Shown: positions 41,809-50,334, counted from the first letter of the stretch. The stretch is DNA of 54,443 nt from Patescibacteria group bacterium (GCA_028288925.1 JAQGHG010000002.1:1-54443); one strand, 5' to 3'. Program-made: numbers and translations. The notes: generated from the sequence alone by a model not told the origin.

Positions 41809-42930
41809 GTGTTTAAGTTTAAAGCGCGTTTCTGGAAAAATTTCGATTGGGTGCTCTTCGGCGTAATGGTATTGCTAGTGGCCATGGGGCTGCTGGTGAT
41901 CTGGTCGACGTCGTTTAAGGCTACCCGGTTGGACGGCTCGTCGGATGTGTTGCACCAGGCGATCTTCGCGGTGGCGGGTTTGGCGGTGTTCTTTGCCGCG
42001 GCACGCATCGACTACCGGACGTGGTTTAAGGTGACGCCTTGGCTGTACGGCCTGATGGTAATCATGCTAATGGCCGTGCTGGTGCTGGCCAAGCCGGTGT
42101 TGGGGGCGCAGCGGTGGATTAGCCTGGGCTTTTTTCAGTTTCAACCTTCGGAATTCGCGAAGTTGATCTTGATCGTGGTGCTGGCCAAGTTTTTCGCGAC
42201 GCATTACGATCAGCTGGAGAAACCCAAATATTTGCTACTGTCGCTGGTATATCTGGCGGTGCCGATGGCGCTGGTAATGAAGCAGCCGGATCTGGGAACG
42301 GCCTTGGTGCTGATGGCGATTTGGGTTGGCATGGCGCTGGTATCGAGGATTCGGAAGCGGTATTTGCTGGGGCTGGCGGCCTTGGGGCTGGCGGCGATGC
42401 CGTTCATCTTGAGCCACCTGCATGATTATCAGAAGGCGCGGCTGACGGTGTTTTTGAACCCGCAGGCCGATCCGCTGGGGGCGGGGCACAACGTGATTCA
42501 ATCGACGATTACGATCGGGAGTGGGCAGTTGCTAGGGCGGGGATTGGCGGCGGGTTCGCAGAGCCAGCTGAACTTTTTGCCGTCGCTGGCGCAGCATACC
42601 GACTTTATCTTCGCGGTGCTCAACGAGAAGATGGGCTTTGTGGGCGGAATGTTGCTGCTTTTGCTGTTTGGGGTAATGTTTTTCCGGGGGTTGCGGATCG
42701 CGCATCAGGCGCAGGACCGGTTTGGGATGTTCCTGGCTACGGGGGTGGTGGCGATGATGCTGTTCCATGTCTTTATCAATACGGGAATGAATATGGGCAT
42801 CGCGCCGGTGACGGGTATTCCGCTGCCGTTTGTGAGCTATGGCGGTACCTCGCTGATTATTGGGATGGTGGCAATTGGGTTGCTGCAGAGCGTGGCGGTG
42901 CGGCGCAAGAAATTGCAATTCGAAGGCTAA
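41809..42930 (+). CDS. rodA: SEDS-family peptidoglycan polymerase (RodA/FtsW)
   Basis: 373 aa, about 10 TM. FDWVLFGVMVLLVAMGLLVIWS, QPSEFAKL, and PVTGIPLPFVSYGGTSL. Confidence 0.85.
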   Translation: MFKFKARFWKNFDWVLFGVMVLLVAMGLLVIWSTSFKATRLDGSSDVLHQAIFAVAGLAVFFAAARIDYRTWFKVTPWLYGLMVIMLMAVLVLAKPVLGAQRWISLGFFQFQPSEFAKLILIVVLAKFFATHYDQLEKPKYLLLSLVYLAVPMALVMKQPDLGTALVLMAIWVGMALVSRIRKRYLLGLAALGLAAMPFILSHLHDYQKARLTVFLNPQADPLGAGHNVIQSTITIGSGQLLGRGLAAGSQSQLNFLPSLAQHTDFIFAVLNEKMGFVGGMLLLLLFGVMFFRGLRIAHQAQDRFGMFLATGVVAMMLFHVFINTGMNMGIAPVTGIPLPFVSYGGTSLIIGMVAIGLLQSVAVRRKKLQFEG

Positions 42931-42947
42931 TCATAGCTAAAATGGGG

Positions 42948-42976
42948 CGGGCCCGGCGGAGGATCCGCCGGGCCCG
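42948..42976. terminator. GC-rich hairpin between convergent genes
   Basis: CGGGCCCGGCGGA-GGA-TCCGCCGGGCCCG forms a perfect 13-bp stem. No T-tract follows. Confidence 0.5.
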
Positions 42977-42978
42977 GG

Positions 42979-43674
42979 TTAATCGGGGTGGCTTAGGCCT
43001 GGTTTGGCGATGTTGAGCCCGATCATGGTGCCGAACCGAAGGGTTGGCCAAGGCAGACCTCGAGTCTTCAGGGCGGCTAGGAGTTTGGCGGTGGCGGCAC
43101 TCTGCTGCTGTTGCCCACTCCAGGCCTGTATAACCAGGTAAGGGGTACCGGGAGATTGGGTTGGGAGGAGAAATTCGAGCTGAGCGCCTACCCTGTCAAT
43201 AAGCGGCCCGGGTAGTGCCGCGAGGATGGTCCGGTGGCACTCATCCGGATCGATCCCCGGATCTCCCGGCCAGTACATAAGGGTAGTAACCGGGCGCTGC
43301 CAGGGCCTAAATCTGTCGAGCTGGATGCCTGTCCGAAAGGCGTAGAGGGTGAGGCCGCGGAAGGGCTCGGGGAGCGGGTAAAGGCCAGTCTGTTCGAAGG
43401 CCGGCAGATAGGCTTCGTATGCTTGATCCCGGAGGGTGGCGCTGTGACAGACATGCACCAGGAGCAGATTGCCGTGCAAGCCAATCTCTCCGAGAGAGCC
43501 GGGAAAGGAGCAGGTCAGATGGATATATTGGCCTGGGAGCGTTTTGGTGGTTACGCGCTTCTTGGAGCCGAGTTTTTCCTGAAGGGTTTCTCCAGTTTGG
43601 GTGGGTCGTTCCAGTCTTGGCCAGAACAAGATTTCGCCGGCGGGACGGGAGGGCGGTGAGACTTGAGCTGCCAT
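42979..43674 (-). CDS. hypothetical protein
   Basis: Start placed at ATG 43674 (MAAQVSPPSRPAGEILFWP..), 231 aa. Balanced composition, unlike the overlapping shadow ORFs. No family recognised. Confidence 0.5.
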   Translation of the reverse strand: MAAQVSPPSRPAGEILFWPRLERPTQTGETLQEKLGSKKRVTTKTLPGQYIHLTCSFPGSLGEIGLHGNLLLVHVCHSATLRDQAYEAYLPAFEQTGLYPLPEPFRGLTLYAFRTGIQLDRFRPWQRPVTTLMYWPGDPGIDPDECHRTILAALPGPLIDRVGAQLEFLLPTQSPGTPYLVIQAWSGQQQQSAATAKLLAALKTRGLPWPTLRFGTMIGLNIAKPGLSHPD

Positions 43675-43747
43675 AGGTATTCTTTTACGCGGTATCAGTT
43701 GGGCGTGCATTGGGCGGATTGCCAATAAGGAATAATAACAAGGGGGC

Positions 43748-43772
43748 GGGACCCGGCGCGAGGCCGGGTCCC
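43748..43772 (-). terminator. intercistronic GC hairpin
   Basis: GGGACCCGGC-GCGAG-GCCGGGTCCC forms a perfect 10-bp stem. On the minus strand it is followed by a U-rich stretch (..CUUGUUAUUAUUCCUUAUU). Confidence 0.45.
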
Positions 43773-43794
43773 GGTGGGGTGGATGACCTGGGGG

Positions 43795-44508
43795 TCAGGA
43801 GGGGAAGCGCAGGTTCTCTGCGCCGATGTGCAGGTCTACGACCGGCAATTTCATGGTTCGGCGAGCTGCCGGAAGGCGCCGGCCGTCGGTGTTGGGGAAG
43901 ACACGCAGTTGGCGGCTGAACGAGGCGTAGCAACTCTCGTTCTTCCAGGCCGAGGCGATGAGAAGGGATACTCGGCCCCGAAACGCGAAAGCGGTGGCCG
44001 TTTCCACCAGTAGGCCGGCCGGCGAGATGTTCAGAGCGGCCTGGAGGGCCGCGACATACAGTGCCACCAGATTGAGGTTGTCCTTCGGACCGAGCTGGAG
44101 GACCTTGAGGGCGCCGAAAGCGCGGTCGAGGTCCGGGGTGTCCTCGCGCCGGCCGGTGTGAGCCGCGATCAATGTGGGGTCCGCGAACTCTCGCGGAAGG
44201 TTGGTGCGGAGACCGGTTTTCTCGAGCAGCAGGCTGACGACTCCTTCGAAGTGTTCGGCTTCTAGCCCGGCCCAGGCCGTACTGGTGACGAGGCCGGGTT
44301 GGAGATCGAGAAGGGGGTGAGCTGCGGTGAGCATGAGCCCAACATGTGCGAGTTGGGCATCGCGCACGTTTCGAGCCAGATGAGCTAGAGCCTCCAGATA
44401 GGTTTGGGGAAGCGCCGGAGAGCCCTTGGTGCCCGCCGCGAAGCGGAGGTGGCCGACGGGGTGCTCTCTTATGGACGGCATCTTGTGCCTCTCTGAGAGA
44501 TTTTTCAT
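43795..44508 (-). CDS. hypothetical protein
   Basis: 237 aa (MKNLSERHKMPSIREHPVGHLRF..). Ordinary amino-acid composition, whereas the alternative 314-aa frame (43685-44629) is Arg/Pro/Ser-biased. No family recognised. Confidence 0.5.
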   Translation of the reverse strand: MKNLSERHKMPSIREHPVGHLRFAAGTKGSPALPQTYLEALAHLARNVRDAQLAHVGLMLTAAHPLLDLQPGLVTSTAWAGLEAEHFEGVVSLLLEKTGLRTNLPREFADPTLIAAHTGRREDTPDLDRAFGALKVLQLGPKDNLNLVALYVAALQAALNISPAGLLVETATAFAFRGRVSLLIASAWKNESCYASFSRQLRVFPNTDGRRLPAARRTMKLPVVDLHIGAENLRFPS

Positions 44509-44570
44509 TCAAGGTGCAACTGGGCGCTAGTATTAACATTATTATGCGCCGTATAGAATAACATGCTGCA

Positions 44571-44599
44571 TTGCATTTGAGGCTTGAATCTGTTATTAT
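44571..44599 (+). promoter_or_regulatory. candidate rplU promoter
   Basis: TTGCAT (44571-44576), a 17-nt spacer, then TATTAT (44594-44599). A ~65-nt leader with a GCCTG..CAGGC hairpin precedes ATG 44667. Confidence 0.5.
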
Positions 44600-44666
44600 T
44601 GTCCAGTTACGCAAATTAATGAGAAGCACGCCTGCTAGATCCAGGCATGAAAGGGGCTTTATTTAC

Positions 44667-44966
44667 ATGCAAGCAGTAATCGTTTCCGGTGGGAAGCAAC
44701 ATATTGTAGAAAAAGACCAGGTACTCGAGCTCGAACTGTTGGGCGAAGAGAAGAAGGTAGTGTTTGATGCACTGCTGGTAATCGACGGCGACGACATCAA
44801 GGTAGGCGCTCCTCACGTGAGCGGTCTGAAGGTTCACGCCGAAGTGCTGGAAGAGGTGAAGGGCGAAAAGATTAAGATCTTGAAGTTCAAGGCCAAGAAG
44901 CGCATCAAGCGCCTGACCGGTCACCGCCAGCACTACGCGCAGGTGAAGATTACCAAGATCGGCTAA
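44667..44966 (+). CDS. rplU: 50S ribosomal protein L21
   Basis: Start at ATG 44667. MQAVIVSGGKQHIVEKDQVLELE...KILKFKAKKRIKRLTGHRQHYAQVKITKI. Confidence 0.93.
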   Translation: MQAVIVSGGKQHIVEKDQVLELELLGEEKKVVFDALLVIDGDDIKVGAPHVSGLKVHAEVLEEVKGEKIKILKFKAKKRIKRLTGHRQHYAQVKITKIG

Positions 44967-44980
44967 TCTCAGGCCTGTTT

Positions 44981-45008
44981 AAAAAAAGCCCCTTTTGGGG
45001 CTTTTTTT
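44981..45008. terminator. bidirectional rho-independent terminator
   Basis: AAAAAAAGCCCC-TTTT-GGGGCTTTTTTT. The right arm overlaps the stop codon of the convergent gene 45007-46119. Confidence 0.85.
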
Positions 45009-46119
45009 ATTGCACTACCCAGTAACTGAAGGAGTAGCTAGTGGCGCTGCCGTTGGCGGGGCTCATGACGGCGGCGCCGATGGTGAAACTGGTAGATGTA
45101 ACGAGAATGTATGGCTGGAGAACGGCGGCGCCGCGGCCGATGGGGGAGATGATTACATGGGGCACGCGCGGGTAGGCCGATCGGAAGGTGAGGGTGACGA
45201 GCTGGGCGCCGAGCGGCCGGTCGGGGCTGGGGGCGACGTTGACGGTGACGACGCCCGAGGAGTCGTTGCCCTCGACGCTGGCATTGGTGCCAATGCCAGC
45301 GACGGCCGCGACCGACGGCGTCTGGCCGGCGATTGAGAGGTGGCCGGCTAGGTTGAGGGTGCCGGTGACAGAAATATCGGCGGCGTTGATGGTGCCGGCC
45401 GAGAGCGAACCGCCAAAAGTGCCGTTGCCGCTGGTGGCTAGGTTGCCCTTGATGCTGGCGCCGGCGCCGAGGAGCGCCGGGCTCTGGGTGCTGAGCGGGC
45501 CGGCTACGGTGAGCTGGCCGCGGATATTGGTGACGCCGAGGGTGCTGGTCTTGTCGACGGTGAGGTCGCCGAGGGCGGTGGTGCCGGACACTTGCACGCC
45601 GCCGACCACCTTGAGGTCCGATCCCAGGGCCACCCGGTTTTTGAAGAGGGTGGAGGAGCTGACCGTGAGGACTTCGGCGGATTTGCCGGCCGAATTACCA
45701 TTAAAGAATGCGTTGAGCTTGTCGAGCTCGGCTTTGTCGAGAGTGGTAACCTTGGTGGGGTTGGTGGGGGCTTTGGTTTTGCTCTTGGTGAAGTAGGTGT
45801 AGCCGGCAATGATAATGATGGACGCGATGACGGCTCCGCCGAAGGTGAGGAGGGTGGTCAGGATATCGGCCCGGCGGTAGACGGCGGTGAGCGAGGTGGT
45901 GCCCTTGGCGACGTGTTTGTGCCCGTCTCCCGGAGTGAGGACGGTGGGTACGGTGCCGTCGACGAGGGCTTCGGCTTGAACACCGCCGGTGGATTTGGCG
46001 CCTGCCGGCGGTTTTTCGCCGGATACCTCGGTGGGGGCAGGCGAGATACTGGTGGAGCCGGCCTCCTCCGGTTTGGGTTGAGGCCCGGGGGTTTGACCGG
46101 GTTTTGGTTCTTCGGACAT
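45007..46119 (-). CDS. type-II membrane surface protein with a beta-helix-like repeat region
   Basis: 370 aa. Pro-rich cytoplasmic N-terminus and TM ILTTLLTFGGAVIASIIIIAGYTYF. Gly/Thr/Val periodic repeats follow (LKVVGGVQVSGTTALGDLTVDKTSTLGVTNIRGQLTVAG..). The C-terminal ~90 aa (..LVTLTFRSAYPRVPHVIISP...TSTSFTIGAAV...YSFSYWVVQ) are reminiscent of H-type-lectin or tail-fibre tips. Confidence 0.65.
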   Translation of the reverse strand: MSEEPKPGQTPGPQPKPEEAGSTSISPAPTEVSGEKPPAGAKSTGGVQAEALVDGTVPTVLTPGDGHKHVAKGTTSLTAVYRRADILTTLLTFGGAVIASIIIIAGYTYFTKSKTKAPTNPTKVTTLDKAELDKLNAFFNGNSAGKSAEVLTVSSSTLFKNRVALGSDLKVVGGVQVSGTTALGDLTVDKTSTLGVTNIRGQLTVAGPLSTQSPALLGAGASIKGNLATSGNGTFGGSLSAGTINAADISVTGTLNLAGHLSIAGQTPSVAAVAGIGTNASVEGNDSSGVVTVNVAPSPDRPLGAQLVTLTFRSAYPRVPHVIISPIGRGAAVLQPYILVTSTSFTIGAAVMSPANGSATSYSFSYWVVQ

Positions 46120-46229
46120 TCGGCTGTTGGCTCCACAAGTGTTGTCTATATGATACCGCTTGTGGTTTGTAGGAACAAATGTCGTGCGATAGAGGGCGAA
46201 CGAGCAGCAAATATGCTAATATCCAGATA

Positions 46230-47162
46230 ATGCTTGTGGTTCCGAGATATAGTCATCGTTCGCACACCGGGCGGCTTACGCATCATCGCGATACGTCGTA
46301 TGCTTTGCTTGTGTTTTTGACATTGGGTGTGGGCGTACTGATGGGGAGCTTCTCGTGGGCTGCGCGCTCGGCTACCTCGGGGGGCGGGTCTTATGCGATA
46401 AGCGCGACGGTGCCGGGGCCGCGGCCGGCGAGTCCGGCCGTCATTACCTCGCCGTCTAATGGGCAAAGCTTTAGCACCAACCCCGTAACGGTATCGGGGA
46501 CGTGTCCGAGCAAGGCGCTTATTAAGATTTTTACTAACGGTATTTTGGCCGGAAGTGTTTTGTGCGAAAATGGGCGGTTTTCGATCCCGGTCGATCTGGT
46601 GATCGGCAAGAATGATCTGACGGCGCGGGCTTACAACGCGCTGGATCAGGAAGGCCCGAGCTCGCCGGCGGTGACGGTGACGCTGAATCAACCGCCGGGG
46701 GGTTATGGATTTTCGTCGGAGCTCATTATTCAGTCGGAGAATTATTACCGGGGGACACAGCCGGGCGAGGAAGTGGTGTGGCCGGTCGAGCTGGTGGGCG
46801 GCCAGGCGCCCTATGCGGTGAGTGTAGATTGGGGGGATGGGACATCGGATTTGATAACGCGATTGGCGCCGGGGCCGTTTACGGTGCGGCACACCTATAA
46901 GAAGGTTGGGGGGTATCTGGGGTCGTTTCCGCTGATAATCCGGGCGACGGACGCGGTGGGGCACACCGCGTATTTGCAGCTGACGACGATCGTGAACGCG
47001 GCGGTGGCGAGCAGTACGAATGCCAAGACTGTGGCTCAGCAATTTAATATTGTGTGGATTTGGCCGCTGTGGATCGTGGTGCTGCTGATGATTTTGTCGT
47101 TTTGGCTGGGGGAGCGGCGTGAGAAGAAAATTATGCAGCGCCAGATGGAGGCTTTGGCTTAA
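46230..47162 (+). CDS. membrane protein with Ig-like and PKD-like domains
   Basis: Start at ATG 46230. N-terminal TM/signal YALLVFLTLGVGVLMGSF and an Ig-like block (ITSPSNGQSFSTNPVTVSGTC). PKD signature VDWGDGTSD. C-terminal TM WIWPLWIVVLLMILSFWL. Confidence 0.7.
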   Translation: MLVVPRYSHRSHTGRLTHHRDTSYALLVFLTLGVGVLMGSFSWAARSATSGGGSYAISATVPGPRPASPAVITSPSNGQSFSTNPVTVSGTCPSKALIKIFTNGILAGSVLCENGRFSIPVDLVIGKNDLTARAYNALDQEGPSSPAVTVTLNQPPGGYGFSSELIIQSENYYRGTQPGEEVVWPVELVGGQAPYAVSVDWGDGTSDLITRLAPGPFTVRHTYKKVGGYLGSFPLIIRATDAVGHTAYLQLTTIVNAAVASSTNAKTVAQQFNIVWIWPLWIVVLLMILSFWLGERREKKIMQRQMEALA

Positions 47163-47818
47163 TGATTGAGCGATATGATCCTGAGCTTGAGGCAGCGGAA
47201 TGGACCGAGGGTGTGCCGGCGGTGGAGGCTGAGGCGCCGAGGCCGCGCAAGGCGCATTGGGCCGCCTGGACGTCTTCGATGGTGGCGGTCGGCGCGGTGT
47301 TGGGGCTGGTGATTATCGGCGGATTGAAGTTTGTGAGCGATCCGGTGGAGGCCAACGGCAAATCGCTTTCGCACGAGCAGGCTTCGGTGGCGCCGACGCC
47401 GTTTAAGCCGCCGACGAACCAGCTGGGGGCGCTTACATTTACATTTTCGTATCCGGGTGAGTTTGACCAAGTGGCACAGTCCAAGAACTCGTCGCGGGCG
47501 CTGGAGCAGTATATGCTGGGATCGAAGGCGAATTACCGGCACTCGATCGCGGTAGAGGTAAACCCGCTGGTGGCCGGCGGCTTGTCGGGGGATTCGAGCT
47601 ACCGCACGCGGCAGATTCATCCGGCCGACTACCGCGAGACGCAGGAGCAGATTGGGGGAGATTTGGTGGCGACGATGACCAAGGTGGATAAGCAAGAACA
47701 GGCGATGTTTTGGGTGCATGGCGACAAGGTGTTGACGGTGGCCATTACGAGCTCGGACGCGAAAGACGATGTGGCGGCGTTCATGGCGCTCATTAAGAAA
47801 TCCGTGAGGTGGCATTGA
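47162..47818 (+). CDS. hypothetical single-pass membrane protein
   Basis: 218 aa. The start overlaps the upstream stop (TAATG). TM MVAVGAVLGLVIIGGL followed by an exported alpha/beta domain. The stop overlaps the next start (TGATG). Confidence 0.6.
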   Translation: MIERYDPELEAAEWTEGVPAVEAEAPRPRKAHWAAWTSSMVAVGAVLGLVIIGGLKFVSDPVEANGKSLSHEQASVAPTPFKPPTNQLGALTFTFSYPGEFDQVAQSKNSSRALEQYMLGSKANYRHSIAVEVNPLVAGGLSGDSSYRTRQIHPADYRETQEQIGGDLVATMTKVDKQEQAMFWVHGDKVLTVAITSSDAKDDVAAFMALIKKSVRWH

Positions 47819-48864
47819 TGAAACTGTGGACTCTAGTAGCGGCGGGTTTTTTGTTGGCGAGCCAGCCGGCGAGTAATAATTTTCAGCTCAATTCGTATGG
47901 CTTTGGGTCGGGCGGGACGGCCAACTCGAGCTCGAGCAATTACCGGGTGAACGGGATCGCGGGGGAGCAGGCGGGGAGCGCGAGCTCGGCGCATTATGGC
48001 GTGAAGGCCGGCGAGACGCATGTAAAGGAAGCCAACGTTCCGACGATCGCGATCACGAACGACGACAACTGGTACAACAAGTTGAAGGTGGTGATTGGAG
48101 CGCAGAATAATCCGAGCGATGCGAAGTTCGCGGTGGCGATCTCGACCGATAACTTCGTGACGACACAGTACGTGAAGAGCGATCTGACGATCAGCCCGAC
48201 CTTGGCTTTCGCGGATTATCAGACGTACGCGAGCTGGGGGAGCGCCACGGGGGTACTGATTCGCGGCTTGAGCCGTAGCACGGTGTACACGGTGAAGGCC
48301 AAGGCGTGGCGGGGGAAGTTTACGGAGAGCGGGTGGGGACCGACGTCGAACGCTACCACGGTGGACCCGCAGCTGGCCTTCGACATCGATGTGTCGGCGA
48401 CGGATACTAATACGAACCCGCCGTTCCAGATCGACTTCGGCACGCTGCTGGCGAGCACGGTGACGAACTCGCCAACGAAGGTCTGGGTGGACCTGGACAC
48501 GAACGGCGAGTCGGGGGGCAAGGTGTACTTGAGCGGCCAGAACGCGGGGCTCAAGAGCCTGGCGGGGGCGCATACCATCGCGGCGCTGTCGGGCGACTTG
48601 TCGGCGCAGCCGGAGGGTTTCGGCGCGCAGGGTTCGAGCGCTACGCAGGGCTCGGGCGGGCCGTTCACGCTGACCGCGCCCTACAACGTGTCGGGGACCA
48701 ATGTGGGCGTGGCCGACGCGACGATCCGGGAGATCTTCGGCGCGCCGGGGCCGGTGGTGGCCGGCCGGGGATCGTTCCTGCTCAAGGCCAAGACTCAGCC
48801 GCTAACGCCGGCCTCGGGTGACTACACGGAGCTGCTGACGGCGATCGCGAGCGCGAGTTTTTGA
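47818..48864 (+). CDS. secreted protein: FN3-like module plus the C-terminal beta domain shared with 49034 and 50335
   Basis: ATG 47818 (MKLWTLVAAGFLLASQPAS..). FN3-like end STVYTVKAKAWRGKFTESGWGP. C-terminal half LAFDIDV...FQIDFGTL...VWVDLDTNGESGGKVYL... ends in GDYTELLTAIASASF. Confidence 0.7.
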   Translation: MKLWTLVAAGFLLASQPASNNFQLNSYGFGSGGTANSSSSNYRVNGIAGEQAGSASSAHYGVKAGETHVKEANVPTIAITNDDNWYNKLKVVIGAQNNPSDAKFAVAISTDNFVTTQYVKSDLTISPTLAFADYQTYASWGSATGVLIRGLSRSTVYTVKAKAWRGKFTESGWGPTSNATTVDPQLAFDIDVSATDTNTNPPFQIDFGTLLASTVTNSPTKVWVDLDTNGESGGKVYLSGQNAGLKSLAGAHTIAALSGDLSAQPEGFGAQGSSATQGSGGPFTLTAPYNVSGTNVGVADATIREIFGAPGPVVAGRGSFLLKAKTQPLTPASGDYTELLTAIASASF

Positions 48865-48945
48865 AGAAGAAGACAGGGTATCGTGGCAAGTTGCCCGTCC
48901 TAGAAAGCAAAATAGCGTTGTGGAAAAGAAACGTTGTAAATAGTG

Positions 48946-48975
48946 TTGACAGCCACCAGGGACATCGGATAAGCT
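48946..48975 (+). promoter_or_regulatory. candidate promoter of surface subunit A
   Basis: TTGACA (48946-48951), an 18-nt spacer, then TAAGCT (48970-48975), within a 169-nt A-rich spacer. Confidence 0.45.
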
Positions 48976-49033
48976 AACCGTAAGTAGTTTCAAAAGAAAA
49001 GCGCACAAATAGCGCGGATAAACAACAAACCAA

Positions 49034-50167
49034 ATGAACAAACCAAAAATCAAATTAATAATCGCAGCCGTTGCCGCCCTAGTGGCAGAAGTTGTTGCAC
49101 CCACACTCTCGGGTGTGGCTAATGCTGCCCCGCCGCAGTTTACCCAGGCGTGGGTGCGGCCGGATACCCACAAGGCTTTGACGCTGACGGGTGTGATGAT
49201 TTGCGCCACGCCTTCGGCCGCCACGACGGGTGTGACTGAATCGCTGGTGAAGATCACCTTCCCGACAGATGCCGGAGCGACAGACTTCGCGGTGAACGCG
49301 ACCGCCAGCAACTGGACGGTAGACACGACTAACATACCCGCGACGGCGACTGCTTGGCCTAGCATTGCCACGGCGACAGCCGTGAGCGGTCATACCGTGA
49401 CATTTCCATCGGGCGATTTGACGGCGGCAACTCAGTATTGCTTCCATACCGCCGCGCGGTTGACCAACGGTACTGCTGTAACCTCAACTCAGATCACGGG
49501 CGCCACCTTAATTACTTATGATAGCGCTGGCACGCCCGCTCCGGTCAACCGGACCAACTGGTCGACGGCGGTCATTACCGACGACACGATCACGGTGAGC
49601 GCGGTGGTGCCACCAAACTTCACCATTACCCTGACGGGAAACGCTGATACGTTTACGACCAACCTCGACCCGACCGCGATCATCAGTACCACGGGGATAG
49701 ACGTGGGCGTGAACACCAACGCGGTGGGCGGATGGATTGCCTGGATAAAGAGCATAAACGCCGGCCTGACATCGGCGGCAGCGGGCTACACGATCGCATC
49801 GGGCCTGAAGAACACGTCGCTCACCCAGACTAAGTTTGTAGGAAACCCGGCTTTTGACCTGATAGTGGGACAAGAGGGTTACGTAGTGGACGTGGATCTT
49901 AAGACGCAGGGACCGAACAGCGTGGGAGCCGGTGGTTGTGTGGACCACATTGACGCCGCCTACAACAGCGGTAGTGGTGTCGGTGGCGGTGTCTTGGACA
50001 CTAACTTCCAGCCCATCAACGCTTGTACTCGCGACTGGGCACCGAAGCCGGGAACTTCCGACGGCGATGTCTTGACCCTCGTTGAGCGCGCTACGATCCG
50101 CGGTGGTACACCGGCCGGTTCGGACTACTCCGACATCATCACGGTGGTGGGCGCGGGTAACTTCTAG
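49034..50167 (+). CDS. secreted two-domain surface subunit A (distant WxL-like C-terminal domain?)
   Basis: 377 aa. Signal peptide MNKPKIKLIIAAVAALVAEVVAPTLSGVANA|AP. Paralogue of 50335-51435. C-terminal domain ITDDTITVSAVVPPNFTITLTGNADTF..LDP..VNTNAVGGWIAWIKS...SDYSDIITVVGAGNF. Confidence 0.75.
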   Translation: MNKPKIKLIIAAVAALVAEVVAPTLSGVANAAPPQFTQAWVRPDTHKALTLTGVMICATPSAATTGVTESLVKITFPTDAGATDFAVNATASNWTVDTTNIPATATAWPSIATATAVSGHTVTFPSGDLTAATQYCFHTAARLTNGTAVTSTQITGATLITYDSAGTPAPVNRTNWSTAVITDDTITVSAVVPPNFTITLTGNADTFTTNLDPTAIISTTGIDVGVNTNAVGGWIAWIKSINAGLTSAAAGYTIASGLKNTSLTQTKFVGNPAFDLIVGQEGYVVDVDLKTQGPNSVGAGGCVDHIDAAYNSGSGVGGGVLDTNFQPINACTRDWAPKPGTSDGDVLTLVERATIRGGTPAGSDYSDIITVVGAGNF

Positions 50168-50173
50168 ACCCGC

Positions 50174-50221
50174 AGCCTCTCTTGAGAGAGGCTCCTCCCG
50201 GGGACAAATCCCCGAGAGGAG
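50174..50221 (+). terminator. two adjacent hairpins after subunit A gene (terminator/attenuator candidate)
   Basis: AGCCTCTC-TTGA-GAGAGGCT (50174-50193) is perfect. CTCCTCCCGGGGA-CAAA-TCCCCGAGAGGAG (about 50192-50221) has one mismatch. No T-tract follows. Confidence 0.45.
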
Positions 50222-50277
50222 CTCCGCTCCAACAATAACCCAAAAACAAAAGTACCGGTTTGCGATATGTCAAGATA

Positions 50278-50306
50278 TTGCATGCTTCTTATGCTTCAGA
50301 TACACT
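50278..50306 (+). promoter_or_regulatory. candidate promoter of surface subunit B
   Basis: TTGCAT (50278-50283), a 17-nt spacer, then TACACT (50301-50306). GGAG lies 5 nt before ATG 50335. Confidence 0.45.
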
Positions 50307-50334
50307 AGTGTTTAGTTAGTGTTATGGAGTTTTA

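Noticed and set aside
43685-44629. 314-aa minus-strand ORF in another frame over 43795-44508
   Set aside because: It is extremely Arg/Pro/Ser/Gly-rich and low-complexity. It also runs through the rplU promoter and the intercistronic hairpin. The 237-aa frame has normal composition. The frame choice still deserves a coding-potential check.
46146-48573. Minus-strand ORFs 46146-47042, 47159-47815 and 47833-48573 opposite the surface operon
   Set aside because: They are Arg/His/Pro-rich antisense shadows. The + strand products have signal peptides, TM helices and recognisable PKD and FN3-like motifs.
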